Positions 33,361 through 52,675 of a stretch of DNA of 64,000 nt are shown here, one piece after another. A program made the translations under genes and the position numbers. Within the stretch, counting starts at the first letter, position 1. Each line of letters opens with the position of its first letter. Under the pieces are notes generated by a model. That model saw only the letters and a program-made list of their open reading frames with translations. It had not been told where the DNA came from and did not search any database. The stretch comes from the human T2T-CHM13v2.0 reference genome, Homo sapiens. The stretch lies in NCBI RefSeq assembly GCF_009914755.1, contig NC_060928.1, one strand, 5' to 3'.

Positions 33361-35400
33361 CTATCATTTTTTAATCAACCAATAAAATTAGCTAAAATAC
33401 TTAATAGTGATTAAGTGTCACACTTCAGTAAAACAAGTATGAAAGCATCAAAACCCTTCTAAAAAAGAAATTGCATAGTGTATTTGAAGAGCCTGGAAAT
33501 GTTTATTCTTTTTACTTAGCAATGATGTTATTATAAATCTATCCTTAAGAAATAAGAAAAAAAGCATGTTTACATCCAAAGATATTTATCTCAGAATTCT
33601 TTATAATACATTGAGAAACAATCCTTATAGGAATGGTTAAATAAATGGTGACACACCAGCCACTAAAAATTACATTTATGAAGAATTTAATGTCATGAGT
33701 AAAGGTTCACAATATGTGAGCTTAAGAAAAAAGAGAGTAGAGAAAACTTTATGTAGGGTACAATTTCTACTGATATTATAGTAATCAAATGTAGAAAAAT
33801 ATAACAAAATATTGACAGTGGTCGTCTCTGGAGAGTAAGAATATGAATATGGGTGATTAAAATACATATGTAACACATGTATGTTAAATATCTGTAACAT
33901 ATATGACTTTGATCAGCAAAATTTTAATGATTTGATAAAACGAACCTATTTGTTCTGTCCCTCATTCTCTCCATTTCGACCCATCATTACATTCTGCCAA
34001 TTCCTTTCTTTTCCTTTCTTCCTGATTTAGTTCAGCACTAACCATGCACAACCTCCCACCCCCACCCATTGGGTTTCCTAGCTGACACCTTTCCCTGCTA
34101 ACCATCCTGAAAGCAGTAGGATGAACCATTTTCCTTAGGTATGGTTGGGATCATGTTACTCCCATGAAGGGAATTTGAGGTGATCCTTGGTCATCCATAA
34201 CATTGCAGGCTTTTGATCATGAGCTGCAAATCTCTGGTTAACTTATGATGACAAATCACTGCATAATTTCCCTTTGTTCCCTTCAACCTCAACAGATACA
34301 CAGCTACACACAAAATCTCCAAGACTACCTTCCTTCCTTCTCTATCTACCAGATTCTTATTTTCCTTTGTAACTCTCTTCTAGAATCACCTTCCTCCAAA
34401 AGGATTTTTTTTATCCAGGTATCTATCTTTCTCAACACAACTTTACTCACTGCCACACCACTTCAGCATTTCTTCTTTTCTAGATATTTGGCAATTGTGT
34501 ATTTGTCATTTGGGATCAAATTTGATTCCTGTTTCATCACAACATTGCCTAAACAGCAATGCTTCTGATTCTACATTTGAAAATTAAAGCTTATACACAA
34601 AGTTTAAGATTGTCTCTTTTTTTTTGTTTGTTTTCTTTTTCTTTTTTGTTTTTGTTAAGACTGTCTCTTGTAAAAAATGTTTGCACAGTTGTCATATGTT
34701 TGCATGACAAGCTGATCATGGTTCCTTACAAAGTATACCCAAGGTATTTGCTCTCAACCTTTTCTCACCACCCAGTGCACACACACAGAAATTCACTAAC
34801 ATGGGTGCTCAATAATTGTTATTGACAAGAATTCCAAACAGTTGGTCAAATGACTTTTTACTTACAACATGGAGCCATAAGTCATAAGATAATTTAATTT
34901 ATGAAGAATCAATATGAAATAAAGACTTAAAGCTCAATCTTGTTACCTGTTTGGTGAACAACTCTGGAAAGTCAGGATAAAGGAAAGCCAAGTCGACAGC
35001 TGCTTTATCTAAGCAGTAAGAATATGCAGATGGGACCCTCTTCTGTTCTCCTACCATGTTTGTTCCAGGATTCCAATTTGAAATCTGTATGTGCCCCTTG
35101 ACACCTCAATGCTTTGTCAAGCACCTCATTTCTCTGGCTTTAGTTTTATAGACAAAGAAACCAAATACATGGTGATGGAGCAGCTTATCACAGTATGTTT
35201 TTAGAAACACCAATGCTAAAATTACCAGTCCCCAAGTGTCAGGTGAAATTACTATAAGAATTAAGTGAGAATTACTTTGATCTAAAGTATTAATGAAAAT
35301 GGTAGTGTCAGTCATGATTCTGGATAATTACTCAAATAGACAATTTTAAAAATTGGGACAACACATTAATATGAGAATATACTGTTATAAAGAGAAAATA

Positions 35401-35692
35401 GGCCGGGTAGGGTGGCTCACTCATGTAATCCTAGCATTTTGGGAGGCTGAGGTGGGCGGATTGCTTGAGTCCAGGAGTTTGAGACCAGCCTGGGCAACAT
35501 GGCAAAAGGCCATCTGTGTAAAAAAAAAAAAAAAAATACAAACATTAGCTAGGCATGGTGGCATGCGCCTGTAGTCCCAACTACTTGGGGGTGTGAGGTG
35601 GGAGAACTGCTTGAGCCCGGAAGCTCCAACTGTAGTGAGCCATATTTGGACCACTGCATTCTAGCTTGGACAACAGAGCAAAACCCTGTTTC

Positions 35693-35720
<28 letters not shown>
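35401..35720 (+). mobile_element. AluJ
   Basis: Full dimer with long A-tail. Confidence 0.88.
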
Positions 35721-35724
<4 letters not shown>

Positions 35725-36139
35725 TTAGTGTGAAGAGTTTAGAAACTAAATACAGTAGCTAAGGAAGAAACTGATTATTTATCTGAATTTCAAATTGAAC
35801 TAAACATTGGTCCCAATCACTCTTCCTTTTTCCAAGAACTGAGCATTAAATGGAATTTTAAAACATTTATTAAAACAAAATCAAAGACAAACTACAATTA
35901 GGAGTGTGTCATTAAAGAGCCAATTTCCTTAATATGCCAGAGTGCTTCCGTATCAACAAAAAAATACAACACAATACATACGAGCAAAGATATCAGCAGG
36001 CAGTTTGCAGAAAAACAAGATTCTATGATGAATAAACATGAAAATAGTTCAACTTTATTCAAATCAAACTTTGTCTGATTAAAATAGATAGAAATCGAAA
36101 CAGTGAGTCCTACTATATCAGCAAAAATTTTTAAATTTG

Positions 36140-36251
36140 GGCTGGGTGTGGTGGCTCATGCCTGTAATCCCAGTACTTTGGGAGGCCAAAGTGGGTGATG
36201 ACTTGAGGTCAGGAGTTCGAGACCAGACTGGTCAATATGGTGAAACCCCAT
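36140..36251 (+). mobile_element. Alu left-arm fragment
   Basis: Truncated after gaaacccca. Confidence 0.8.
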
Positions 36252-36914
36252 CACAGATTTAAATGGAAGTTGTAAAATCTTACCCCCAGTAGAGGATCTT
36301 TAGAGGAAATGGGGTGAGGGTTGGGTAGAGGGCACATGGATTGAGCAACCTTGACTGTGATTCCCATAAATTTAGAAGTTCAGGCAGGAGGACTTCCCCC
36401 ATGTAACTATGATTCAACAGAGCACACATCCTGTTTAATAACAAAGGCATTTATGCAACATTCATTCTATGTCTCTGGGTAATTTATATGTTGCTTGATC
36501 TTGGTAATGTGCAAACATTTTTAGCCAGTTCTTAACTGTCAGGTGATCTCTGATTGTTGCTGTTTTCTATAGTTGTTGTCTAGACACTCACAAGGATTCA
36601 GGTTTATTTTGGATCCTAAAGTCAAGGCCAGTATTTCTTTAAGACTTACTTAAACTGGAAGAGTCCTAAGATTTCAGTAGCCACAAAAAATTATTCTCTG
36701 TGCTCCCCCAAGAGGGACAGACACAATGAGCAACCTTAGGATGGTCAAGGGTCATCTGTTAGCTCTTTTAGACTCAGTGGAGCCTTCATGGGGATTGGCA
36801 GATGGAACCGAAAGCAACAAAAAAGACCCCAAAGGAATTGGCATCTTGGGAACTCAGATTTCCTCAAGGACTCCTCCATCTGATGATGTTGGTAATTTCA
36901 GCTCTACATCATCA

Positions 36915-37298
<384 letters not shown>

Positions 37299-37661
37299 TA
37301 AGCATAGCTACACAAAGAATAAGAATGGCAAGCCCCAAGTATGAAGAGATAAATCAAATTTAATTGTTATTAATATATTATTGATTATTCACACTAAATT
37401 TAGTCTTCCAAAAAAATAAATCTACTTGGATAAAATTCATGTTGATGGATAGACCAAAGAAAGCTGGTTATCAATTTATATGCTAATGAATTTTTCTTAC
37501 TTTTCCCCTATGTATAGCCTAGTATTTTGTAATTTCTCTGCACCTACAGGGCCAGAGGAGGGAAAAAACGGAACGCACATCCTTTCTGTTCTTTAGTGAA
37601 GCTTTTGATGAAAGGGATTAATAAGAGTTAGGGGTGAGGGAAAGAAAGAAAGAGAGAGAGA

Positions 37662-37966
37662 GGCTGGGCACGGTGGCTCACACCTGTAATCCCAGCACTC
37701 TGGGAGGCCAAGGCAGGTGGATCACCTGAGATCAGGAGTTCAAGACCAGCCTGGCCAACATGGTGAAACCCAGCCTCTACTACAAAATTAGCCAGTGTAG
37801 TGGTGCGCACCTGTAATCGCCACTACTCAGGAGGCTGAGGCACAAGAATCACTTGAACCCGGGAGGCAGAGGCTGCAGTGAGCAGAGGTTGCAGTGAGCC
37901 GAGATTGTACAACTGCACTCCAGCCTAGGTGACAGAGCGAGACTCTGTCTCAAAAGAAAAAAAAAA
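37662..37966 (+). mobile_element. AluS
   Basis: Dimer with a short gcagagg..gcagtgag duplication. Confidence 0.9.
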
Positions 37967-38414
37967 GGGTGGGGGGGAAGGGGGAGAACTTGAGACGCTA
38001 TAAAATGAAAATTAGAACTTTTCAGTGCGCACCATTTTCATAATTTATGGTACTTCCACCCCAAGCATGCCTCAAATTTGTTTAGGAAAATATTTTCTTC
38101 TCATACCTTCATTTGTTCTCATATCATCATTGTAATATGGGTGGATGATCAAATAAGCAAGGCCGGCAATTGGTCTGAGAAAAGAGCTCATTTGGAAATA
38201 ACATCCTGAGCTTTGCAACCGCAAGTGAGAAGTGTATCTCAGCACCTGGTAGCAAATGCAGGTGAGGTCCACCCTGGTAGTACATACAGGAGAGTTCATA
38301 GATGGTTGGCAAAGAGGTACAAACTAATGGAAACACAACAACAAGCTCTGTAGCTACTTTACATGGAGTTGACTCAGCAAAGGCCCATCTGACCTAACAA
38401 CAACAACCAGATTA

Positions 38415-38650
38415 GAATAGTTAATCTTTATTGAACAGTTGTTACCACCAGTTCTGGGTGCTTCACATATGCTATTTCATTTAATCCTCACGACAATCCT
38501 ATGAGGTACTAATTATCTTTCTGCTATTTTGCAGATGTGGAGACTGAGGCTTACAAAGATTAAATAAGTGTTCAAAGTCTCACAACTATTAGGTGGCAGA
38601 TGTAGAACTCATATCCAGGTTCCCAAACCCCAGAGCCCAAGTTTTTGCCC
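38415..38650. mobile_element. MIR SINE fragment
   Basis: catttaatcctcacgacaatcctatgaggta...ttttgcagatgtggagactgaggc. Confidence 0.75.
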
Positions 38651-38859
38651 CAGAATCACAATGCTATATGGACTGCACCATAATGAAACAGCTGTGTCAA
38701 CTGTACTCTGTATGCCCCCCTCATGTATTCAGTTGCCCTGTAACTCTGTCCCCAAAGGAGAAAGTTTGCATGCCCTGACTGTTTCAGCATTGGTCACTCA
38801 TACTCACAAACTGTCCTGTAAAATGGAGCTTGGGGGAATGGAGATAACAGTTAAAATAC

Positions 38860-41322
<2,463 letters not shown>

Positions 41323-41328
41323 ACACAC

Positions 41329-41722
41329 ACTCTTTGGTCTCAGCTGCAGAAGCCAAATGACAAAGAGAACGTCATCGTCTGGAAAGCATCGCAATAAGAT
41401 GCACACGATGTGCCACCGCTGTGGCTCTGAAGCCTACCACCTTCAGAAGTCAACCTGTGGCAAATGTGGCTACATTGCCAAGTGCAAGAGAAAGTGTAAC
41501 TGAAGTATCAAGGCTAAAAGTTGAAACACCACCAGGACTGATCATATGGGGCGCCTAAAAATTGCACACTGCAGATTCAGGCATGGATTCTGTGAAAGAA
41601 CAACACATAAACCCAAGAAGGCAGCTATTGCAACATCCAGCTTATCTTACGAATTTCAGTGATTAGTCATGCCATAAAGGTTCTGGTTTAAAACCTGAAC
41701 CTGAAGAAAAAAAAAAAAAAAA
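41329..41722 (+). pseudogene. RPL37P14: Processed pseudogene of ribosomal protein L37 (probably RPL37P14); CDS-homologous part 41357-41650
   Basis: Translates [96 protein letters not shown], versus RPL37 [39 protein letters not shown]... It is intronless, has in-frame TGA at 41501 and 41522, and keeps a pyrimidine-rich 5'UTR, a 3'UTR and an A-tail. The P14 number is from memory. Confidence 0.93.
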
Positions 41723-42020
41723 GGCTAGGCACGGTGGCTCACGCCTGTAATCCCAGCACTTTGGGAGGCAGAGATAGGCAGATCACTTGAGCTCAGGAGT
41801 TCGAGACCAGCCTGGGCAACATGGCGAAACCTCATCTCTATGAAAAATACAAAAACATAGCCAGGCCTGGGGGTATGCGCCTGTAGTCCCAGCTACTTCG
41901 GAGGCTGAGGTGGGAGAATCACTTGAGCCCCCGAGGTTGAGGCTGCAGTGATTGTGCCACTGCACTCCAGCCTGGGTGACAGAGCGAGACCCTGTGTCCA
42001 AAAAAAAGTAAAGAAAAGAA
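41723..42020 (+). mobile_element. AluJ/S inserted in the RPL37P poly(A) tail
   Basis: Begins immediately after the A-run. Confidence 0.88.
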
Positions 42021-42966
42021 AAAAATAATGAAGTCACACTTTGCGAGAGTGGGAGAAGTATGGCAGATGCTGCCACTTATTACCCTCCACTTCAGAAGGG
42101 CACATTTCAAAGGCTCCCATGACACCTCTCCTGTTCCGATCATTGTTTCCAAGGAACAAAGCTCAGGCATGCACCTGTGGATGCCATGATGTCCATGTTC
42201 CATGTTCTCCGCTAATTTCACTTCAGACTAGAACTTTATCACTAAAAACCTCACCATGCAGAATTATCTTACAGAGAAGTTTCCTTATGACACAATTTTT
42301 ATGTCCCAATGGCTGCCTGGCTTTGTGTCCCAGCTCTTTGTTCTCACAGTGAATAGCTTTCCAAGAAAATGCTTCCCTGGTCCCTGTTCACTCAGCACTC
42401 CCATCATGACCTGTGTGTGTGTGTGTGTGTACGCGCACACACGAGTGTGCAGTGTGATGAGGATGGGAATCAGGGGGCTGGAGCATTGCTTAACTGAGCA
42501 ATGCATAATTAGCCTCCCTTCCCAGCCTCAGCAGGCAGCAACTCCCCTGCATCTTCCCCTTCTGCTTCCCCTCCTCCATCACCCTCATTATCTCAATGTT
42601 GCTTTCCAATATTCCCAAGCAACCAAGCTAAACAAAGCAAACATTAAGCAAAGAAGACAGAAAGAAAACAGGCTTTGGAGTGTGGCACAGAGAAGCTCAA
42701 AAACTAGCCCTGTCATTTTCCACTTAGGAACCCCAGGCAAGCCTACGATGTCAACTTTGTCAAATGAAGATCACATAATACCCAATTTCAAGATATATTT
42801 ATAGGATTCCCCCTATGAGCTGGGTGCCGAGGTTACAACCTGAATGACACATGTAGACTGTCATTGAAAAACTCATAGTGTAGTAGGAGATATAGAAATG
42901 CAAACAAATTCCAATGCAGTGTGATAAAGGCCATGACAGGTGGCATTAAGGAGGCAGGAGGGATTA

Positions 42967-43588
<622 letters not shown>

Positions 43589-44604
43589 TTATAATAAATT
43601 TATTGTATAACAAACTAATGTTGATGTCTTAGGGTTAATACTGTGAATTTCAACTGATAATTCTAACTTTGCCAAAGAACAATGGTCAGAAATCCTTGAT
43701 TCTTCCTTCAATGGACACATATTTATTGACCCCCTTTTATGTGATACCGGGTAACAGAGACACAAAATTGAACTTACAACAAGTTTACAGATGACTCGAA
43801 AAGACAAAACAAGTTCTCAATAATTATAATACACGGCAGAATGGCATGTTGCATTTATCCCCCACCTCCCCAGTCACTGCTTCAGAGGTTTTCTTACTCT
43901 TGAAATAAAGCAGTGAGATAATGTTAACATGAGTCCCTTCTGATCAGACCTTTCCTGCACTTCTATGCTAATTTCTAGGACTAGATATTTAGAAATGGCT
44001 TCCCCTTGGTGAAAACAAGAAATGATAAAGTTTGTCAGTAGAGACAAGTCAAATACTTAGTGTCCTCAGAGCAATATCTTGCTAAATCTACCACTTAATG
44101 AGTGGCTCAGCTGTACAGAGATAATCCGGAGAGTCAGTAATCTGTGGGAGGGCAAGGAACAAGGTGTCATTCAGCTTTGGGGGCAACTGAGTCTGTGGGA
44201 TAGGATGTGGAGATTCCTAAATCAGAGATCAACAAAGCACCGCATTGAGACGAGGGCTCTCAGGTGTAGCCCATATGTGCTTTCTCCTGTGCACTCACCT
44301 TCCCAAGTCTACCAATAACAGACCCCTCCAAGCCCCAGAAGCCAGGGACAGGTACAGGTGTGGTACCATGAGGGTGAATCAGAGTCCTTTGGGGGAATTT
44401 CTCATCCTGCAGATAAGACTGCTATAGGTTTTCCTCAGGAATGGTAGAAAATAAAACCAACACAGAAAACATATAGAGAAAAACAGTCCTGATGACCAAA
44501 GCATGTCATGCTGCATGCTTTGGAATTTCCAGTTAGGTAAATATATATGTATAAATATAATCTGATGCATTCATTTGTCGATTGATTCCTTAAGCTATTT
44601 TTAA

Positions 44605-44738
44605 AATTTTCTTTATTTTTAGAGATGGGAGTCTCACTATGTTGCCTAGGCTAGTCTCGAATTCCCCAGCTCAAGCGATCCTCCTGCCTCAGCCTCCTGA
44701 GCAGCTGGGACTACAGGCACGCCCCACCATGCCCAGCC
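44605..44738 (-). mobile_element. Alu monomer (FLAM-like)
   Basis: Single antisense arm. Confidence 0.78.
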
Positions 44739-44953
44739 CGTAAACTATTTTGGATTAGGTTTCTATTACTTGCAGCCAAAAGTTCTGAATTAACAAAGGG
44801 CCTCACCCTGGCTCTTCCTTGGTATATATTACTATGGGGATGGGATGACCGAGGTCCCATAGAAATCTCAACTGATCCATTCTTCCCATCTATTTTTCCA
44901 GGTCTCATGAAAAGTTGCCATTTTCCCTCCTCAATTTGTTCCCTAAAATTTTA

Positions 44954-45252
<299 letters not shown>

Positions 45253-45899
45253 GTTTAGGTTATGACTCGTTCCCTGTACTGAAAAGGACATTTAATAATT
45301 TCTACAGAGTTTTTGGGATAACAGAAGAGTGGTGCTAATCTAACATTTCTTTGAAGAGGCATGCTAGCACTCAGACTGAAAATTGACAAAGCACATTGTA
45401 ATCAAAGAAGGCTCCTCCTGGAGGTTCCTTATTTATAACTTCTGAAAAGTGGTCACATTGTGCGCGCTCTCTCTCTCTCTTTCCTCTGTAGTAGAAGCTA
45501 ACAGAATACCCTCACGTTCGTGGAGAGAACCTTTTTCACTGATTATAGCTGATTGCCGCTTACATGCTGCCCTGAAAAGCTCTCTTGCCTGTCGATCTCT
45601 TGTCTGTGCCTAATGTCCTGACAGTGTTAACTGAGATGGCTCAAAGGACTAAGAAACAATTGATCATCCCCATCTTTCTATTCCCTTTTATTTCATCTGC
45701 CTTCTCCTGCTTTCCTCTGAGAAAAAAGGCAGAGAGAAGAAACAAGAGTAAAGAACAAAACCCACAAGGAGGCAACTTGCACAGGAAACTGTGGAAAATC
45801 CATAAGACTTTTTGACTAGGGTTGAATCAGATCAGCACCTGTGTTGTGTGGGTTATGCAGTGGCTCACTCACAAATCAAGGCAAGGCTACCAGCAGGAG

Positions 45900-45957
45900 T
45901 GATAGCTTCCAAACTGTCACTTGGTCTAAACTATTCTGTATCTTGGCTGGAGAACTT

Positions 45958-45994
<37 letters not shown>

Positions 45995-46115
45995 GAGAGA
46001 AAAACCTAGAATCTTTGTAGGGTCCTGGGCCGCAATAGTTTTTAAAAGCACCCTCTAACACCACCCCAGCCAGGTGAGTCTAATGTGTAGCCAAGGCTGG
46101 AAAAAAAAAATCACT
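45900..46115. mobile_element. Degenerate MER5A-like hAT element containing a (CA)16 tract
   Basis: tttttaaaagc...ccaggtgagtctaatgtgtagccaaggctgg resembles the MER5A end. Confidence 0.45.
45961..45992. repeat. (CA)16 microsatellite
   Basis: Direct count. Confidence 0.95.
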
Positions 46116-46366
46116 TGTCTATGCAGACATTCACATAAACTCTTTATCCAACCATTGCAATTGTTCAGCCAATTTTGGCTATAACCCAAATAGCTACCAA
46201 CCAAAATGGCTACCTAGGCTACTCTGTTTCCTCTCTACCAGCAGACAACCACAGCGATCACTGTTCGAAGTTTACAGTGTGTCAGGCCGTACTAAGCACA
46301 TTACATGCGTAATCTCTAATCTTTACAGCCACCCTGGATTGGAAAGTAGTACCATTCCTGCTTTTA

Positions 46367-46706
<340 letters not shown>

Positions 46707-46966
46707 ATGGAAAAATGGAGCTGTTAAAGAATTTGCCCAAGACAAGGTACAGCAATTAAATGGCACAGCAAGATCTGAATCCCAGCTGGCCTTAACTCCC
46801 AAGTTCGACCCCTCTCCACTACAAAGATGGTCCCTCACTTCGGTGTGTCTTTACTTCTGGCTTTACTTTTTTCCTGCTTTTGACAAAATCCAAAGTACTT
46901 TCAGTTCATATCCTTCTAATATCCTGCCATGTGTACAAATATATGACTATTTAAAAACAAGCAAAG

Positions 46967-47270
46967 GGCCGGGCATGGTGGCTCAAGCCTGTAATCCCAG
47001 CACTTTGAGAGGCCAAGGTGGAGGGTCGCTTGAGCCCAGAAGTTCGAGACCAGCCTGGGCAACATAGTGGGACCCCCTTCTCTTCAAAAAATTAAAAATG
47101 AGTTGAGCGTGGTAGTGTGTGGTCTGTAGTTCCAGCTACTCGGGAGGCTGAGGATGGAGGATGGCTTGAGTCCAGGAAGTCAAGGCTGCACTGCAGCCTG
47201 GGCAACAGGGTGAGATCCTATCTCAAATAAAATAATTTTTTAAAAAATTTTAAATAAATAAATAAAAATA
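46967..47270 (+). mobile_element. AluJ
   Basis: J-type motifs. Confidence 0.85.
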
Positions 47271-47321
47271 AAAACTAGCAAAACCCAGAGAAATACTTAT
47301 AAATTCAAAGTAAGCCTCCCT

Positions 47322-47640
47322 GGCCAGGCACACTGGCTCTTGCTTGCAGTCCCAGTACTTTAGGAGGCTGAGGCAGAAGGATAGCTTGAACCCAGGAGTT
47401 CAAAACCAGCCTGGGCAACATAGGGAGACCCTGTCTCTACAGCAAATTAAAAAAAAAAAAAAATTAGTCAGGTGTGGTGGCACATGTCTATGGTTCCAGC
47501 TACTTGGAAGGCTGAGGCAGGAGGATCACTTGAGCCTGGGAGCCTGGCAGGTCAAGGTTTCAGGGGGCCATGATCACACCACTGCCCTCCAGCCTGGATG
47601 ACAGAGCAAGACTCTATCTCAAAACCAAAACCAAAACCAA
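47322..47640 (+). mobile_element. AluJ
   Basis: TSD caaagtaagcctcc. Confidence 0.85.
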
Positions 47641-47679
47641 AGTAAGCCTCCTTTATTTTGCAAATAAAATGTAAGTGCT

Positions 47680-47684
<5 letters not shown>

Positions 47685-47721
<37 letters not shown>
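47685..47721. repeat. (TA)18 microsatellite
   Basis: Direct count. Confidence 0.95.
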
Positions 47722-47724
<3 letters not shown>

Positions 47725-48056
47725 TATCTAATTCCAGAAAGCAGAGACAAATGTTGAGCGCTGTTAGCAGACCAACTTCAAAATTCTAATGCCCATTTTT
47801 AAAATGATCGTACTTCACTGAACAAGCTGGTTCTGCTTAGTTTGATGAATACACAATTGGTTTGGGCCATATAACCAAAGGTGAGCCTTCCAGTAATGCA
47901 CACCCCAGAATACTGGTTACCTAAAATTGATGCTTTTTTAAATTCCCTTTCCTGAAGATACTTATATTACTGGTAAATTTAGGAATTCCTCTTGGGAATT
48001 CTTGAAAAGCAAATTATACTACAGCATTCTATTAAAAATTGTTAAGTATTGGCCTT

Positions 48057-48335
48057 GGCCAGGCATGGTGGCTCACGCCTGTAATCCCTGCGGGGGGATC
48101 ACCTGAGGTCAGGAGGTTGAGACCAGCCTGGCCAACATGGGGAAACCCGTCTCTACTAAAAAGACAAAAATTAGCCTGGCATGGTGGTGCTTGTCTGAAG
48201 TCCCAACTACTTGGGAGGCTAAGGCACGAGAATCCACCCAGAAGGTGGAGGTTGCAGTGAGCCAATATTGCGCCATTGCACTCCAGCCTGGGCAACAGAG
48301 AGACTCCATCTCAAAAAAAAAAAAAAAAAAAAAAA
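48057..48335 (+). mobile_element. AluS
   Basis: Dimer with deletions; TSD aaaaattgttaagtat. Confidence 0.88.
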
Positions 48336-48401
48336 TTGTTAAGTATGACAATTGATGTACGATGTGCTAGCTTTTGATTGCAAGAAGGTATAAGGCATTT
48401 A

Positions 48402-48770
<369 letters not shown>

Positions 48771-49019
48771 CTAAGAAATCTGTGTGATGGGTATATTGGA
48801 ATTTGTATTTTATTCCCTCTAAACTTCAATATGTTTGTAATTTTTAAAAAACAAAACCAATTAGTACATACTTACATGAAGACTGCAAAACTCAGAGGGC
48901 TAGTCAAAGTTCTCTTAAGGTTTTGAAATAACATTCTGTGATTGATGTAATAGCACCCCTATTTCATTAAAAGTAGGTTAGGATGTAGATTTTCTTTTGT
49001 AAAATTAAGGTAAATCTAA

Positions 49020-49349
<330 letters not shown>

Positions 49350-49674
49350 TGTTATTAGAATTTAAAAAATTAAGTTCTATGACTCCTTGGAATAAATTAG
49401 ATAAACACAGGTCACAATTGCAGGTCTTAGAACCATTGGGTTAATCATATTATAGAGTATTCACTCACTCATTCACTCAGTCATTCATTCAATAAATGTG
49501 TGCTTAATGCCGCTCTTTTGCAAGATCCATAATAATATAATTATAACCCTCTATAAACTTTTTTTAGCATAAAGATAACATAAATCCCTAAAACACCTTT
49601 GTATTTGGGGTATCCCAAAGCTACTAGCTGTGCTTAAACAATTCTAACATATCTGGTTGTGACATTAAAAAATA

Positions 49675-50260
<586 letters not shown>

Positions 50261-51090
50261 CAACAAAAGTTTCATCTACTTGACCCTAAACAACTTGCCT
50301 TAATTTTGTACTTAATGAATTGGTCATAGGTATAGCCTTGCAGGGATAACAACATAGTACATAAACTTCTGAATTTTACCAAATGAATTAGAAGGTAGTT
50401 TAAGTCATTTTAAAAAATAATTTAGCAACTTTTCTTATGCTTTCTCAATACATTTAAAACCTGATTGACTTACCAGATGTTCCTTAACCACAATTTTTTC
50501 AGTAACAAATCTATCACAGAAAACACTGACCATGGTCGTGACATTCTTTGGTTTTCTATCACGTCCCTTACTCAGGTTTCACTTGTTTCTGAATTTCAAA
50601 TTCTAAGGTTTGAAAAAATATCTGCAAGTCAATATTTAAACTGGCCACTGGCAATGATTATGTTCCTCATTAAGTTCCTCAATGTTAAAAAAAAAAACAA
50701 AACAGCAATATAAAACAAGCGATCCCGGGTGACTGAAGTTTTAACTCAGAGTCCAAATGCTGCATAGAAGAGCAGCTGCTGGCTTCATTTATCGTGACGA
50801 GTAAAATAAAACATAGGAAAACAGTCGCAGTTTTAATTTAAGCATAATCTAAACTTCAACTTGATCCTTGCAATGTAGCATCATACCTTATGGAGAAACA
50901 TGAAGACAAAGGTTGTAATAAAATTTGGATGATAAAAAAAGTTGGATGACAAAGAAGATGTGGAAAGCAGAAAGAGGATTGGTATGCAAAACCCATTTAG
51001 GTTCTGCTGCTCACAGTTCTAACCTCAGAGGGTGGAGAGATACACAGCCCATACTTCACATAGTCAGATGCTGAAAACAAGCATCTAGGC

Positions 51091-51290
51091 CAGTGCCATC
51101 CAACAGAGCTTTCTGTAATGATGGAAACACTCTGCGTCTGCACCGTCTAATACAAAAGCCACTGATACGCATGTGCCACAAAGTCCTTGGCATGTGTGTA
51201 GTGCAAACAAGGAATTATTTCATTTAATTTTAAACAAATTTAAATAACTGCACTGCATGCAGCTATGGGCTACCATATTGGACAACACAT
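51091..51290 (+). mobile_element. MER3 (hAT-Charlie MITE)
   Basis: cagtgccatccaacagagctttctgtaatgatggaaa...gctaccatattggacaacaca. Confidence 0.75.
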
Positions 51291-51681
51291 GTCTGTGTTC
51301 ACAGGGTAGCTCCTGGACAGAAGAATGAGAGATTTGGGGCAGAGTTAGATCAGTAAGTCTTAGAAATGCTGCACCCACTCTGGTGGAGAAGCTAATCTAA
51401 CTAATGCCTTTTCCATTGCAATGGTGAGCAGAAGCTTCCAATACACTTTAATACACTATTAGAAATGTGTGATCAACTTTTCTCAAGAGTCAACAGATGC
51501 TCAGATAAGAGTGAAATAAAGCTCAGAAACTCAGAAAATAGTGGCCCTATTTTCAGTCTTTTAGTTCTTCTTCTCCAGAGGCAGAATTCCCTTTCTGATG
51601 CTGACATTAATTACCCACTCAACACCACCACAAGCCCCACAGCGAGGCCCTCAAATGCACACATCTTCTTCCACCTGTCTC

Positions 51682-51761
51682 CTGCTTGGCCTGCTTGAAG
51701 GTTTCCATCCATGTAGACTTGAACACTAACATGGTCTAGAACCTCCATACAAGCCAGTCAG
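51682..51761 (-). ncRNA. MIR4802: pre-miRNA hsa-mir-4802 (5p at 51728-51749, 3p at 51693-51715)
   Basis: Reverse complement gives UAUGGAGGUUCUAGACCAUGUU (miR-4802-5p) and UACAUGGAUGGAAACCUUCAAGC (miR-4802-3p) on the two arms of an 80-nt stem-loop. Confidence 0.93.
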
Positions 51762-52204
51762 CTCAATAGAATGAATTTACAGAGGCCAAGCTTGAGCATT
51801 TTGTAACTGTTTCTGACATATGTCTAAAGCAGGTTGGACTGCCTCACTTCTTGGATGAGAAGGGTGGGTACGTCACATTGGACAAATCACCTGTTATATT
51901 GTTTTCATGTTGACACATTTCCCACAGCAAATTTGTTTGATGTGTCCTTGTTATTCTGTTCAAAAAATGGAGTCCAGAACGTCATTTGATGAATATAGCC
52001 TGGTCTGAATTGAAGGGAAGTCAAGCATGAAGGAGGAAGTGGACTGAACTCCCTGAATGCTGCTGAGAAATGCTTCCCCAGCTAAGACAGTGTTTTTCCC
52101 ATCTCTCTGGTAAGGAGGGGTGAGAAGAGGTGAGGAAGAGAGGCCAATGAGTGCTCGTGAATCAGTAAGACTCCAACGACACAGAACTTGAGAACAGTTG
52201 AATT

Positions 52205-52675
<471 letters not shown>

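Noticed and set aside
41357-41503. 48-aa truncated RPL37 ORF retaining the zinc-finger cysteines
   Set aside because: Many replacements, two stops, a decayed poly(A) signal and no promoter evidence; treated as a pseudogene.
42256-42804. 182-aa non-Alu ORF
   Set aside because: Runs through a (TG)n tract and low-complexity sequence, antisense to the host; no recognisable domain.
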